From: Geosiphon pyriformis uo1
Lineage: Eukaryota; Fungi; Glomeromycota
NCBI GenBank assembly: GCA_016748015.1
Contig: JAAOMT010000128.1
Coordinates: 2,301,538 to 2,365,537 of the forward strand
Length of the DNA stretch: 64,000 bases
Direction: 5' to 3'
In this document: piece by piece, positions 21,779 to 35,600 of the stretch
How the letters are laid out: each line of letters opens with the position of its first letter
Numbering within the stretch: position 1 is the stretch's first letter
Translations under genes and position numbers: made by a program
The notes under the pieces: generated by a model
Database searches by the model: none
Seen by the model: the letters and a program-made list of their open reading frames with translations, nothing else
What the model was told of the DNA's origin: nothing

Positions 21779-24700
21779 CTACACACCTACATAAACATGG
21801 GGGCAATTATCTAAACCCAAAAAAAAAAGGCAAGGCCTACAACAGCCAAAACTGACAGCAAAAGACTCAGCAATGCCAAGCAACCTCATCACACTATCTG
21901 AAAGCACAAAACACACCCTATGCGACAAACCTGAAACCAAACAATTATCACCAACCAAGCCAGCCTTCTCCATGTCCGCTCTGAATTTAGATCTAACCAA
22001 CCAGACCCTGGATCAATGCAGCTCAATTAAGAACCTTACAAACTCAACTACCACTCTAAAGGCTTTTTTAGCATTCTCAAAAACACCCGCAGCCTCAACA
22101 ACCTAACTCTTCATCACAAAACCCTTACACAAAACTGAATACCTGCCAACATCCAAGCGACAAGAATCAAGAACTTTAAGAACAGAAGAGGAAAATGGAT
22201 CACAATCGCCAATCAGAGATGCCCAGCACACAGAAGCCTTCAGCAAAATTTCCATCTGGGTGTGAATATCCTATAAACAAATAAAAACATGGTCCGGCAG
22301 TTCCACTTCCCCACACAACAAACACTGAATACCTGGATAACATTTATTATATAATCTTTTTCTGACAACCACTAACAACTTTTTGTGTACAGCCTTCATT
22401 AAATATGTTCAAAGAACAGCCAATTTCCAGCTAGTAAACCCAGCAAGCATGTGTGAGTCAAGATGCCAGACCTTTACTGAAGCAGCCCAATCAAAATTTC
22501 TTAGCATGTCAACTGAAACCACATCTCAGCCTAGACCAGCCTCCCAGCGAGCACGACAAACAGATCTAAACACATCCCTAACAAAGTGGTAAGCATTGCC
22601 CAAAATCACAGTGTCCTTAGCCATCAAACAACACTCTTATATCCTTATTGGCAAAACAAAAGAAGAGCCAACAGCTTCACTTGCAAACTTATCAGCTCTC
22701 ACATTGCCAAGAACACTGGCATGACCTTTGACTTTAACCCAACTTACACTGAGATCTTTATCTCTAATCAAGTTAAAAATATGCCTCCTTTCAATCCAGC
22801 AGCAATTATGAAAGTCCGGAATGAGGAACAACAACTCAGAGATACAAGCATCAATTGCAGCTTGGCTGTTGAGATGCAAAACCAAAGAACAAGATGACAG
22901 AACACACTCTAAAGCCAGAGCAACAGCCTGCAACTTAGCCATAGTAGAAGATAAAAGGCCAAAAACCCTGACACCAATACTCAAATTTAAAGCCAGGAAG
23001 TATGCAGCAGCACCACTCGACACATCAACAGAACCAGCACTCCTTAAGAACCCATCCATATACACCTCAAAACAGCCAGACCAAATCTCATGTAGACCAT
23101 CTTGTACAGAAGAAAACACATCAGAGCCCATAATACTCAAACCACTAGAAAGGACATTACTAGTAAAGCCTGGAGAAGAAAAACCCTGATCCAGAAAAAA
23201 CTTAGAAGTGACTGCAAACCAATAGGGCACAGGGCCCCGCAGATCTAAACGTTTCCAGCAATGAAAAGTCTTTTAATCCAACAACTCTCCTTTCTTATCG
23301 AAAAGCTGATTACCAAAAGCAACACCAAAGCATTTAAGAGACTGAACAGAACTAAAGTAAAGAGACTTCCCAAGAATCAAAGACATCGGAAAATGGCCAG
23401 GATGACAAAAAGCACTAGGAATGTTGTTTACCAAAGATAGATTATTGTCCAAAAAAATCTTCACAACACCTGCCAAAAAATTGTTCACCGAATTAACACA
23501 CAACTTGACAGGAAATTGAAAAGAATCCAAGAAAGCCCAACCCAGAACCTGCAAGTCCAGAAATCTATGCTCAAACAAGTGGCCAAGAATGCCAGAAACA
23601 TTAGCGAAAGAGACCAAAGAAGCCATCTTCCCCTCAAACTGCACCTGCTCAAAAGACTTCAAACCATATAGTAAAGGATGATACAAAACAGAATCAGGAA
23701 AATCACAAGGCAGATGCACTTTGAATTTGAGGCCCTTTCTGACTAAAACATCCCACTTGCGGCACACACCAGATGAAACAAAACTAAACTGTGTTCAATA
23801 ACTAACAATGGGCTATAAGACAGCCAAGACCAAATAGGAAAACTGCTTATCCATGATTGCTTTTCTGAGCACCACATTGATGAAAAACTGAACATCTGAG
23901 TGAGCCTTGGCCAGACTGGGTTTGGATAACCCTTCAGTTAACAAAAAAATCCCCAAATATCTGTAAGCCTCACCTTTTTTTGCAATAGAAATTGGCTAAC
24001 CACTTATATTTAAAGAAGCAATCTTAACACTCTGATTAATTGGTATGGCCACCATCTTCTTATTGTTTATAGAAATATTGTTAATAAAAAAGAACTCACT
24101 AGCAATGTTCAAAGCATATTGCATAGAAGCCTGGCAATCTCCAATCCAAATCGTATTATCCACAAAGGTGCCAGCTGCAAAAAAAGAAGTCATTCCACCA
24201 CTATTCTCAATCCTGCCAGTCTTCGCCATGAACTTAGTATCAACACAATAACCACACAAATGCTTATGTCTTTTAATTTCACATAAAAATGGATCATAAA
24301 AGATCTTCCAAAGAAGAGATGAAAAGACTTTACTCTGATCAAGGCCATCATGCACCCTATAACCACCTGAAAAACCAAAATCAGTCATCACTCTATTAAC
24401 CCTATCTGTATGGATACCACCAAAAAAGCCAATAAATCTTTCACACATTTTAATACAACACAAGTTAGCTCTTAAGTAATGCCAACCAACAGAATCATAT
24501 GCCTTGTGCATATCCTGCAAAACCAACCAAAGTTCCCTATTCTTCTCAAGAGCATCTTTGACTACTGATCCAACAGCAAACACAGGAGATTGAGTAGAAG
24601 TACCCTTCAGCACCAAAAAATTGTCACCATGGAGAACATTGAACTTGCTGTATGTGAAGGAGATCCTGTTTGAGAGAATTTTGAAGAGAATTTTTCTGGC

Positions 24701-26469
24701 TGTTTTAATCAGAGCAATAGGGCAAGTATTTGTCAAAATCCCATCCCAATCATAAGATTTTAGTATCATTGAGACCCAGGCTTTTTTCCATAAAGCAGAC
24801 ACAAAACCATCAGATAGACACGCATTCAACAACACCAAAAGACACTTTATCACCCTTTTACTACTATGTTTCCAAAGTTTATTAGGGATGCCGGATAAGC
24901 CAGCAGCTTTACCATTGGCAAATCACCAATGACCAAAAGCAACTCATTCAAACTGACTGCACTCATAATACCAGAAAAAGTATCATCCTTAATATGAGCC
25001 AAGGGAGTATACTGATGAGCCCAAAGGTTTGGCAGTACTGAAGGCACCACCCGTCTCCTCATTCAACCCTCCATAATTTTGTCAACCTTTAATTTTACTT
25101 TCTCCAGCTCCAAAACAAACTCATCATTAACAACCAAATAATCCAAAACAACCTTCTGAAAGGGCTGATCTAAAACACTCCTAATCATGCTACCTTTGTC
25201 AGAACAAAATTTTTCCATGCACTTTCCAATAGCATCTCTAATAGAGGCCTCCTGTAACAATTTTGATTCATACATTTTGGATTTCCTATACCCTCTCTTG
25301 ATAATTGATAAAAACTTGAGAATGTTGACCTTTTTCTGACTAGACTGAACCATATCCACCAAAACAAGAGCCTTATCAGCATTTAATGTAGACCATTTTC
25401 GCACAAGGCAATCAAAATCAGAGGTATTAGCTGAACCAAACTTCTTGACAATTTTGACAATTAGCAACTCCAAGCCCAGAAACTTAGAGGAATGTTTGTT
25501 TTTCGAACATTGAAACTCATTAAACCAACACCGAAAAAATGTTCTATTCGCAGAATTCACCAACATCTTTTTCAGCAATGACCACATAACATCCAGATTC
25601 AGCTCCGCAGCAGTGACATAAAATTCATCAATTATGTCCAAAATCATGGCAAAAGAGCAGTCTCTAAAACAAGACCATCCAGCATCATTAGCATTCTTGA
25701 TATTAAACTTTCAATGATCTTTGTTAGCCTGCTTACGCAAGCTATTCAAATGAACATTTAAGAGTCCACCCAAACCAATAGAAACCATAACAGCATTGTG
25801 ATTAGTGTTAAAAAAGTCTGAAATAGAGCCAACTCTATAGCCAGCAACAGCAGAAACCAAATTCTCATTAACAAAGATGAAATCAATGATCTTCTCAATC
25901 CCCCTAGAATTACCTTATATAGAAGCTCCAACCAAAGGTTGGCCAACAAATGAATTGACCAAACCCAAACCCAAGCAGAATTTTAAATTTGTACTCTTTC
26001 CTGATCTATTTTCATTGAAGTCACCACCAAAAACAACAAAGGTGCTGGAATTAATGGTCTTAGCAATAAGAGAGTTCACCACAGAAGCCTGACCAAAATG
26101 AATACCAGAAGAGGCACTAGCGTACAAACCAATAACAGAAACCAAAAGTTTATTTCTGAACAAAAGCCACACAACAATAACCCAGCCAGGAACCTCCTCA
26201 ACTTTAGAAACATGATGAGCCAAAAAATTGTTCATGATAATGGCAACACCAGCATTGAGAAAACTAACATCCAAACCAAAAGTAAAAGCTTGAACACCAT
26301 CAAATTTATCCTTGATCCAAGGACCAATAGAAGACCTTAATTTTGTTTCAGTAACAAAAGACACCATTAAACCAGATTCCACATGCCAATGGAGAACATC
26401 CACCTGCTTCACAGGAATATTGATACCTTGGACATTACACGCTGCAAATTTCCATATCAAAGCACTCAT
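21779..26469 (-). pseudogene. LINE ORF2: APE endonuclease - RT - RNase H - C-terminal zinc finger
   Basis: ACNVQG, ETK and GGDFN (APE); QDMHKAYDSV and FVDNT (RT); VYMDG, KLQAV and KVKGH..GN..AD (RNase H); CLLCG....H...C. Confidence 0.9.
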
Positions 26470-28353
26470 TGAGAAAAAAGAGGTAAGAGAGAACCTGAAC
26501 CAGAACACAAAAGATCCAACCTAGCCAAAACAGAATTGACAGAAGCCTCCAAAGCCAACATTTTAGACTCCAAACCACCCATCTTGATAGTTAGAACCTT
26601 CAAACTACTTGAACTAAAACCAGCACCCAAATCAGCACTCAGAGGATAGGGAGTAAACGACACTAACTCACCATCTAAAGCCATATCAGAATTCAAAACA
26701 GAGACCAAAGGTGCAGAGCCAACCAAAGGAGAAGCACCAGCAGATAGAACCAAGGGCACCAACTCAACAAAACTCAATTTCCTCACAATACCAGAGACCT
26801 GTTTAGCCAACAGCTCGAGAGAGTGTTCCAAAGACGCCAAATGAGCATTTAAAAAAGAATCATTAATAGTAGAAAATAGAGAACTGCCACCTAAACCCGA
26901 AGTCGCAAAGAGAAAGAGGCCAACACCAAGATCAGAACCAGAAGGAGAGCCACTAGAAGTGGAAGCAAAAAAAACTACCTGAGTCTATGATTTGCCACTA
27001 AAGGCAGTAGGGCGAGAGATAGGAACATTTTTCTTTGCATATAATTTGGCCAACTGAAAATGATCCACACCAGGAGCATGTTTTTTATTAAATAAACTCA
27101 AGAGCTCAGAAGGTGGCATGTCCGACATATCACACTCTAGAGCCAAATGACCAAGACGCCCACACTTTCTACACTGAACCAAATTCAACCTAGCCCATGA
27201 GAGACAAACACCACCAAGAACAGGCTCAGTGAGGAAAGCAGAATCCAGATCATTTTTGGATTCAAAGCCAACCACAGCACAATGAACTCTATTGCCAGTG
27301 TCCAAAAAATGATTAATAATGCAAGTTTTGCCACCAGTATTATCCAAAAGATTACTAAGATCATGCGCAGTTGTTCTCACTGACAAAGTAAACAAAAGTG
27401 CTCTAAAACAATCCCTAGAGACCCAGATATCATGATTACCCACAGCTTTTGCCACACGAACAGAATTTTTTCCAATTAGGAATGACCATTTCGAAACCAA
27501 TATATTAGCCTAACTTGATTTGGCAAACTCCACCACAGCCTTCTGCCACAACCCAATTAGTTGCACTTTGATCGACTTAATTTCACCAAATTCGGTGACT
27601 GCAGCAACTATCATATCCTTTGGCATGTCCATGAGAATTTCTTTGATCACCACAGCCTGATCTGAGCAAATTCCTTGTCTCTTAAGATCACTGTTTACTA
27701 TGATGTTATTTTCTCTGGCCAATGACGCGGTCTTTTCCATGCTCTTTAATGAAGTAAATGTCAATCTGATGATCCCTTCAAATTTTGAGGGGGTAGTGGG
27801 CCCCCCCAAAACCATTAACTTTCAAAAACAATTTTCTGATGACTTGAGTTTTGGCCGTAGCCAATTTGTCTTCTATAGCTGAAAGATTAATGTCCAGAGC
27901 AAAAAATTTTTTTACAAACACTTCAACCTGAGTTTTAACAATCTTAGGATCAATTCACTTTTTTTCTAGAGAGATAGATACACGAAAGGGAAGCACAATT
28001 TCATCATCATCCATAGTGAAGTCAGAAGAGCCAAGTGGAGAATCAAACATTGTGCCAGTATCAACATGTTTCACTTTGGGAGTAGTTGCAGCTAAACCCA
28101 GAAGAGACCCTCCATATACACCTGTTATGCCAACATTCTCATTATCACCAGACAGACTATTCACATTAGAGTACACACTATCACTAGGCTCAGATTTACT
28201 CAAAAAGATATCCCTCTCATTACCAGAGTGTTTAATATTGCCAAGAACCACCTTTTTTTTCTGAACAAAAGAACCACCAGCAGGACCATAGAAAGCACCT
28301 TTGGGCGCCTTTTTTTTTGACATATCACCACTCGAAGCAGTCTTCAAATCCAT
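26466..28353 (-). pseudogene. LINE ORF1: RRM domains, CCHC knuckle, coiled coil
   Basis: FGEIKSIKVQLIGLWQKAVVEF; CRKCGRLGHLALEC; ASLEHSLELL. Confidence 0.9.
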
Positions 28354-28504
28354 GATGAAGAGGTTATTGTTTAAGGAAATGTTGAAAGAAAACTAACAAA
28401 AAATAAAAAAAACTTCTTTTTCAGAAAATGCGCTTTTTGAGGATTTTTGGAGGTAAGAGAGAAAAGTTTTTTAATTTTAAAATTAACTTATTTTTTTTTT
28501 AAAA

Positions 28505-28544
<40 letters not shown>

Positions 28545-28599
28545 ATTTTTTTATTATTTAATATTAAAAACAAAAAAATTAACAAAAAATTCTATTAAT

Positions 28600-29421
28600 T
28601 TTTTAGTATTAATATATTATTATTTATAAAGTAAAAATAAAATAAAAACAAAAAACAAAAGATAATATAAATAACTAATAATATAGATTATTAAAATATA
28701 TAATATTAGAAATTCTGAAATTTTAATAATAATTTAAAGAAATTATAAAAATTATAAAAATTTTGTATTATAAAAATTTATATATATAACAAAAATATTA
28801 AAAACAAAAAAAACAGACAAGTTTATTAAAATTAAGTTCAGTTTTTATCTTATTAAATAAATTTTACTAATTAATAATTTAATATTTAAAATTATTTTAA
28901 TTTAAATAAAATCTATTAATTAAAACTATTTAAATTTTTAATTTTATAAGTTTATATTTATTTTGTTAAAACTTAATTATTTCTTTATTAATATTAATAA
29001 TATTAATACAATATTATTAACAATATTAAAACAATAATTTTTAATTATAATTATTAATAAGATATTAACTTTTTAATTTACTTTGTTTTATTTTATATTT
29101 ATTAATTAATTAAAAAAAACTTTTAAATTACAATATTAAAAATTGTTTAGTAAAAAACATTAAAAAAATGTAAAATATAATTAAAAAAACTAAAATTGTT
29201 TACTAAAAGAATAAAAAACATTAGAATAAACTAATTACTATATTAAAAAAATTAAATATTAAGTATTATTTATAATTAACATTAAATTTTTGCTTGTTAT
29301 TAAAAAACTCAACTATTAAACTCTTTAAAAAAATCTTCAGATAAAATTATTATATTAAAAAATTATTAATTTAAGCACTTTATTACATAAATTTAAATAA
29401 ATTTAAAAGTTATTTATAATA
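28600..29421 (+). mobile_element. Extremely decayed solo LTR, opposite orientation to 8625-9455
   Basis: Reverse complement shows gttgagttttttaataacaagcaaaaatttaat and aagttaatatcttattaataattataattaa blocks colinear with 8625-9455. Confidence 0.5.
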
Positions 29422-29444
29422 ATATTTTACTTTAAATATATTGG

Positions 29445-32400
29445 TTTTTTTTTTATCATTTAATGAGTGAAGTCCAAAAGCGGCCTAGTATTATACATTA
29501 CATCAATAATCTAAACTAGGTGTGAATCATCCATTTGCTACACATGACCAGCCACTCAGACCAATCAAGACAACACTAGACATCTATATGAACAGATACT
29601 ATGTCTCCAGTATTCAGAAAAAACAAACAAGATTTATAAAACTCAAAACTAATACCAAATACATCAGCAACACCCAATAATCTAACCACTCCAGCCAAGA
29701 GCACCACAGGAAGACCAGAAACCAAAACAGGCATGGAACTATCATACTGAATTAGGCCACCTTTTTTCATAATAGCCCAGTGTTTGATTCACACCAGCCA
29801 GATATTATCCCTAAATACAAAACAAAATTTACACACAAAAGACACAATATTCTGGGCCACAACTTTAGGGTTCTTAAAAACAGAAAGAGACTTTCGATAC
29901 CACTCATTGAAAATAAAGTCTTTACACAAAACTGTACCAACAACAACATTAGAAACACAAATAAACAACAACTATGAAACACAAGAAAAATAGTGAGATA
30001 AATCTGACCATGTTTCCCAAACAGATGCATGATTCTCCATCAGCCGAGAATGACCAGCAATATCAAAAAGACAAGAAAAAACATGGTCTGAGACCTCAAC
30101 ATTACCACAAAACAAGCAAATTACACTGGGGTAACACCTATTATAGAGTCACTTGTACATTGCAACAGAGAGACAATAATGTAATGCCTTTATAAAATAT
30201 GACCACAAGCCAGCAGTGGATGCATTAATAAAACCTGTAGCCAAGTGAGAATCAGAGTGCCACACCAACAAAGATTTGGACCAATCAATATTAGCATGCA
30301 GACTGTCCACCACAACCTGGAAACCAAAACCAATCTTCCAATGCACATGGTTAATAGATCAAAAAATATTACGAACAAAATGTCTAGAATTACCAGAAAC
30401 AATTATGCCTCCAGCCCTAAGGAAGCATTTTTTAATCATGTGAAGTAAGTGCCAATCAGAGAAGGCAGCAGCCCTAGTAAGAACATCAGCATACTTATTG
30501 TTAGAGACTTCAGAGTGTTCTTTAACTTTAACCCAATTAACATCCAAATTTTTGTGATGAATAACATCAAAAATATGGCAACATTTAACCCAATACTGAT
30601 TCCTGAAATCTGGATAAGCCAGCACAGACTTTGATTTGCAAGCATTCAAAGCAGTCTGGCTGTTCAAAAACAAATTAACAGAACAAGAAGAAGGAATACA
30701 CTTAAGAGCCAAAGCAATAGCTTGTAACTCTGCTATTATAAAAAAGACCAAACCAGAGACCCTCACACTTATACCCAGGTCAATGTCCTCAAAAAAGACA
30801 ACAGCACCAGCAATTATACCAGAAGTTCTCAGACTATTCAAAGATCTATCTGTGTACACAGAAAGATGAGCAGTATCAATACACAACAAATTGACTCCAA
30901 TAACATCAAAATTATGAGACCAAAAAATATTAAAAAAGAAGTAATCATTCAAAGATGAGAGACAAGCAGAAGGAGAAATCTCACCCCCAAAAAAACGAAC
31001 AGAAAGCTCAAACCAGATGGGAACAAGGCCACAAGAGTTCAACTGTTTCCACTACTTAAAGGTTGCCCAACCAAAAACAGTACCATGCTTATCATACAGC
31101 TGGTCCACAAAGGCAACCCCATAACACCAAAGGAAAGAAACATACTTAAAATAATCATGCTTGTCAAAAACAAGAGACATAGAAGTACCATCCCAAAAAT
31201 GAAATATACTGGTTAGAAATCCTCCCAAGGATAAATCACACCCAGAAAAAATGCAGACCATACCAGCCAGAAAACTGTTTGAGGAGTTGATCCTGACTTG
31301 AACTGAAAATTGTAAAGGGTGTTAAGGACACCAGCTAAGAATCTGAAGATCATGATATCTGTAAAAAAATAACTGACCCAAAATACCCAATGAATTCACA
31401 AAGAAAACAAGAGATGTTAACTTGCTCTCAGTCTAAGATTGTTCAAAAGTCTTTAAACCATATAAAAAAAGATGATAGATTGTATCAGTGGAGAAATCAA
31501 GTAGAAGACCAGATTTAGATCTCAAGCCTTTGTGAACCAGAGCATTCTATTTATTACAAATGCTAATAGAAACAAAACTGAATTGAGTTCTATAACTGAC
31601 AATAGGAAAAAAAACCACTGAAATCAAATATGCAAACTGTTTATTTGAGATTGCTTTTTTCAAGACAAGATTGACAAAAAACTGAACATCTGAATGTGCC
31701 TTAACCAAGCTAAGTTTCAAAAAACCTTTAGAAGATAAGAAAATATCCAAATAACAATAAGATTCCTCTTTTTTGGTAACAAAAATAGGCAAACCACTGA
31801 CAGTCAGATAAGGATTTGAAACCCAGCAATTAATAGGGATGGCCACAGTCTTGTTATTATTTATAAAAATGTCATTATAACTGAAGAATTTACTAGCTAC
31901 ATTGAGAATGTATTGTGTAGCAGCCTGACTACTACCAATCCAAATTGTATCATCAACAAAAACACCAACAGCAAAAAATGAAGTTAACCCAGCCTGAGAT
32001 TCTGTTTGACCAGACTTGAAGATGAAATAAGAATTCAATCTGTAACCACAAACACTCTCCTGTCTTTTAACCTCATATAAAAGCAAATCATAAAATATGC
32101 GCTAAAGAAAAGGCAAAAAAACTTCCTTTTAGTCCAATCTATTATGAACATAGTACTTATCAGTCAATCCAAAGTCTGTTATTACTCTGTTAACATGGTT
32201 ATTGTGAATGCTACCAAAAAATCCAATAAATTTGTCACACATCTTAATTCTAACCAAACTTCTCTTGAGATGTATTTAACTAACAAAATCATAAGCTTTA
32301 TGCATATTCTGCAAAACCAGCCACAGTTCACAGTTTTTTTTCAAGGCATCCTTAACTACTGAGCTGATGGCAAAAATAGATGATTATGTCAATGTATCTT

Positions 32401-33824
32401 TTAAAACAAAGAAATTGTCCCCATGCAAAATCTCATGAGTGTTGCAAGCTGAAGAAATTTTATTCAAAAGAATTTTGAAGAGGATTTTATAAGCCATTTC
32501 GATCAAAGCAATAGGATGGGTATTTGTGAGAACACTTTCTAATTTATATGGCTTAGGAATCATTGAAACTCAAGCTTCCCTCCAAGATCCAAGTACTGAT
32601 TCACAAGTCAGACACAGATTTAAGAGCACCAACAGCATATCCAAAACTGATTTGTTACAGTATTTTCACAATTCATTAGAGATGCCAAAGAAACCAGCTG
32701 TTTTTCTATCAGGCAGATTCGAAACTATAGCAAACATTTCATCAAAACCAATTAAACACATTACATCAGAAAATGCACCATCAAAAACATAATTCAAAAA
32801 TTAATATTGGTGAATCCAATCATCAGAAATATCAGACACACCACCTCACATTTCCTAGTCCACCTTTCCATAATCTCATCTACCTTAGACTTAACCAAAT
32901 TAGACTCTAAGACCAACTCCTCATCTACAACTAAATAATCCAACACTACCTTGCAAAAAAAACACTCCAACACACTTCTGATGGTATAACTCTTATCTAA
33001 TTCAAAACTTTCTATTCTACTGGTAATGGTCTACTTGATATGAGATTCCTCAGCACATTTGGATTCTAGCAATTTTAAAAAATGGTAAGACTTCCTCACT
33101 TTTACCAGCCCAGAGTGAATAGTACCAAAATTAAATCCTGAAAAAAAAAGAGACTTTACCTCTACTGCATCTTTAGAATCAAGCCTGTTTCATATACCTA
33201 GCAATAAAGCAAAATCCACATTTGAAACCAAACAAGAAGCCTTTACCAGTCTGAATACCAACAACTTCAGCTTATGAAACCTAAAAGATTCTTTGGTAAA
33301 AACACTGTCATAACCTTTAAACTATTTTTTTCTGAAAGTCCTATTGGCTGAGAAAACCATGACTTTATGAACAACATTCCACATCACATCTGGATCTAAA
33401 GACCTCTTAGCCTTCATAAATGCATCTAAAAACATAGCAGTATTAGCAACTGTGACATCTCAAAATTCACATCACTTCTTTTTATTAGCATTTTTGATGT
33501 CAAACTTCTAACAATTTCTGTTCACTTGCTTGTACAGCAAGAACAGCTAAACATCCAGCAAACCACCCAGATCTACAGAGACAGAAATAGCCATGTGATT
33601 GGTATCAAAATAATTCTCAACACTAGTCACATTGTGACTCACCATTGCATTGACCAAATTCAAAGAAATGAACATGTAATTAATTGTCTTAGCAACACCA
33701 TGAGAATTGTACCATGTTAATATCTTATTAAACAAGCTTTCAGCCAAAGCATTGACCAGGCCCAAATTAAAGCACTTCCTGAAACTAGCACACTTATGAA
33801 AATCATCTTTATTGAAGTCACTGC
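29445..33824 (-). mobile_element. LINE 2, 3' portion (most of ORF2, 3'UTR, poly A)
   Basis: FVDDT RT motif, VYTD RNase H, 3' end GGACTTCACTCATTAAATG. Interrupted inside the APE GDFN motif by Gypsy A. Confidence 0.95.
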
Positions 33825-34806
33825 TGTTACCGGAGGTTTTTGGTCTCTTCTTAGCTCTTGTATGTTTGTTGTAATGCTGTTAATTCATGACTATAGGAAG
33901 TATTTGAATCTCTGATAACTGAATTTTCTCTTCAAATTATTTCCTATAATTTGAACTGCTGGGCTTATAAGTGGAATGGCCAATTCCTTGCCAGTTACTT
34001 TATGTAGTTATGTTGTAGTAAATGTCAACTCTTTCCCAGGAATTGCTCGTCTGAAAGCTCACTAAAAAATGTGTAGTTACTTTGCTGTAAAAGTCAACTC
34101 TTCTACAAGAATCTTGTCTGTAGGCTACCCTAATAATTATAATAAAAAAATAAAAAAAATAAAAAAAATATAAAAGAAATAGGATTTTATCAAGGGAAAC
34201 GTTTTCTATCCAGGTCTGGAGTCACTAACAGTTTTACTGAAATTGGTAGCTAATCAATTTCAAAACATTAGTTGGGTTTTGAGAATTTTCCAAGTGCAAT
34301 AATTTAAAGAATTTGGTTTTTTCGAATTATTTGATATTTATTTCTTTTTGTGTGTGTAGAAATGGTTCTAAGTGATAAATTTAAAGTAAGATATATTTTC
34401 TCAAAGAGAGGAGCTCTTTTTTTATACAACTTGTTGTAACACTATTCCATGAACTTGAACTTTGCTCTTTTCTACAATTTCGCTGAACTAAAGATACATT
34501 TCGGTGAACTACAAGTTATTTTTGCAAACTATTAAATATTTCAGTAAACTATCAATTATTTCAGTAAATTTCTACAAATTTTGGTGAACTTTTGAATGTT
34601 ACATATTTTGGGGTATTGCATGATTGATCATTGCACTTAGGTTACATTTGTGTTATGTACAAATTAGGTTATTAATTAAATGATAATTTTGGACATTTTG
34701 CTAATGTAATAAGTGATAATTTGAAACAATAATATATGCTAATTAATGATAAAATTTATAAGAGTAATTTTATGCTAAACAATATCTCTAATTTTGTCTG
34801 GTAACA
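33825..34806 (-). repeat. 3' LTR of Gypsy A (982 bp)
   Basis: About 95.5% identical to 39002-39984; adjacent PPT GAGGAGAAAG at 34810-34819 (minus). Confidence 0.97.
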
Positions 34807-35196
34807 TAACTTTCTCCTCAAAACTGAGCTCTGTCAAAGTCCAAGTATTGTCTGTAATTTCCAGATAATAATTCAAAATTATTGAAAAAATTTGGTCTGA
34901 AAATTGTTGAAATTTCAGTTCTGTGAACTTTCCAATGTATTGAATCTTCAAGAGTTGTAAAAAACAACTCGGACTTTTTTTGTTCTTTCTGGGATGTAAA
35001 TATTTGGGATTGAGATATTATGTTTCAAGCAGATTTGTTCATTGGACTCAAAAATTTGTTAGGTGGTTGTTGGCTTTGAGCAGGTATAGATTTCAGGGTG
35101 TTCTCCAAAAGGTAAAATAGTGATTGATTGGGGAAGGCATAAAATCTGGTGAGACTCATTCTGTTCATTGAGAGCTATGTTTACTGAAACTGTAAA

Positions 35197-35600
35197 TTGT
35201 CCAGTTGAACCAAAATCTTGTATTCCTTTTTCACTTTTTCCTAATTGTTTTTTTTGATTGATTAACTATAAACTCGAAATGTTAATTAGGGGTAGATAAA
35301 TAGCTTGGGCAATTTTTTCAGCATGTTCAATCTTGAATGGTTTGTCAGTTTCATTTTAAAGCATCACTGTAATGTCTCCAGTATATCCAGCATCAATTAT
35401 TCCTCCTCTGACATTGATTTTTTTGCTTGCCAGAGAGGACCAGAAGGCAATTTGAACCATTGCTCTTGGCAGGATTTTGAGAACAATTTTGAGATTGATT
35501 TTTGTGAGAGATTTGGGTTTGAGAACAAGAGTATCCTTGTCTGGATATCTTAGGTCATATCCAGCATCAATTTCATGTGCTTTTTCAGGTTTTATTCCTT
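35197..35600 (-). pseudogene. Trimeric dUTPase domain of Gypsy A
   Basis: All five motifs: AGYDL, (R>W)SSLA, GIIDAGYTG, KIAQ, KGIQDFGSTG. Confidence 0.92.

Larger units (their letters stand above)
21642..28490 (-). mobile_element. Full-length non-LTR retrotransposon (LINE 1 of this window), disabled
   Basis: Poly(A) tail (T run 21642-21656), conserved 3'UTR, ORF2 and ORF1 in order, and 5'UTR; many nonsense transitions. Confidence 0.95.
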
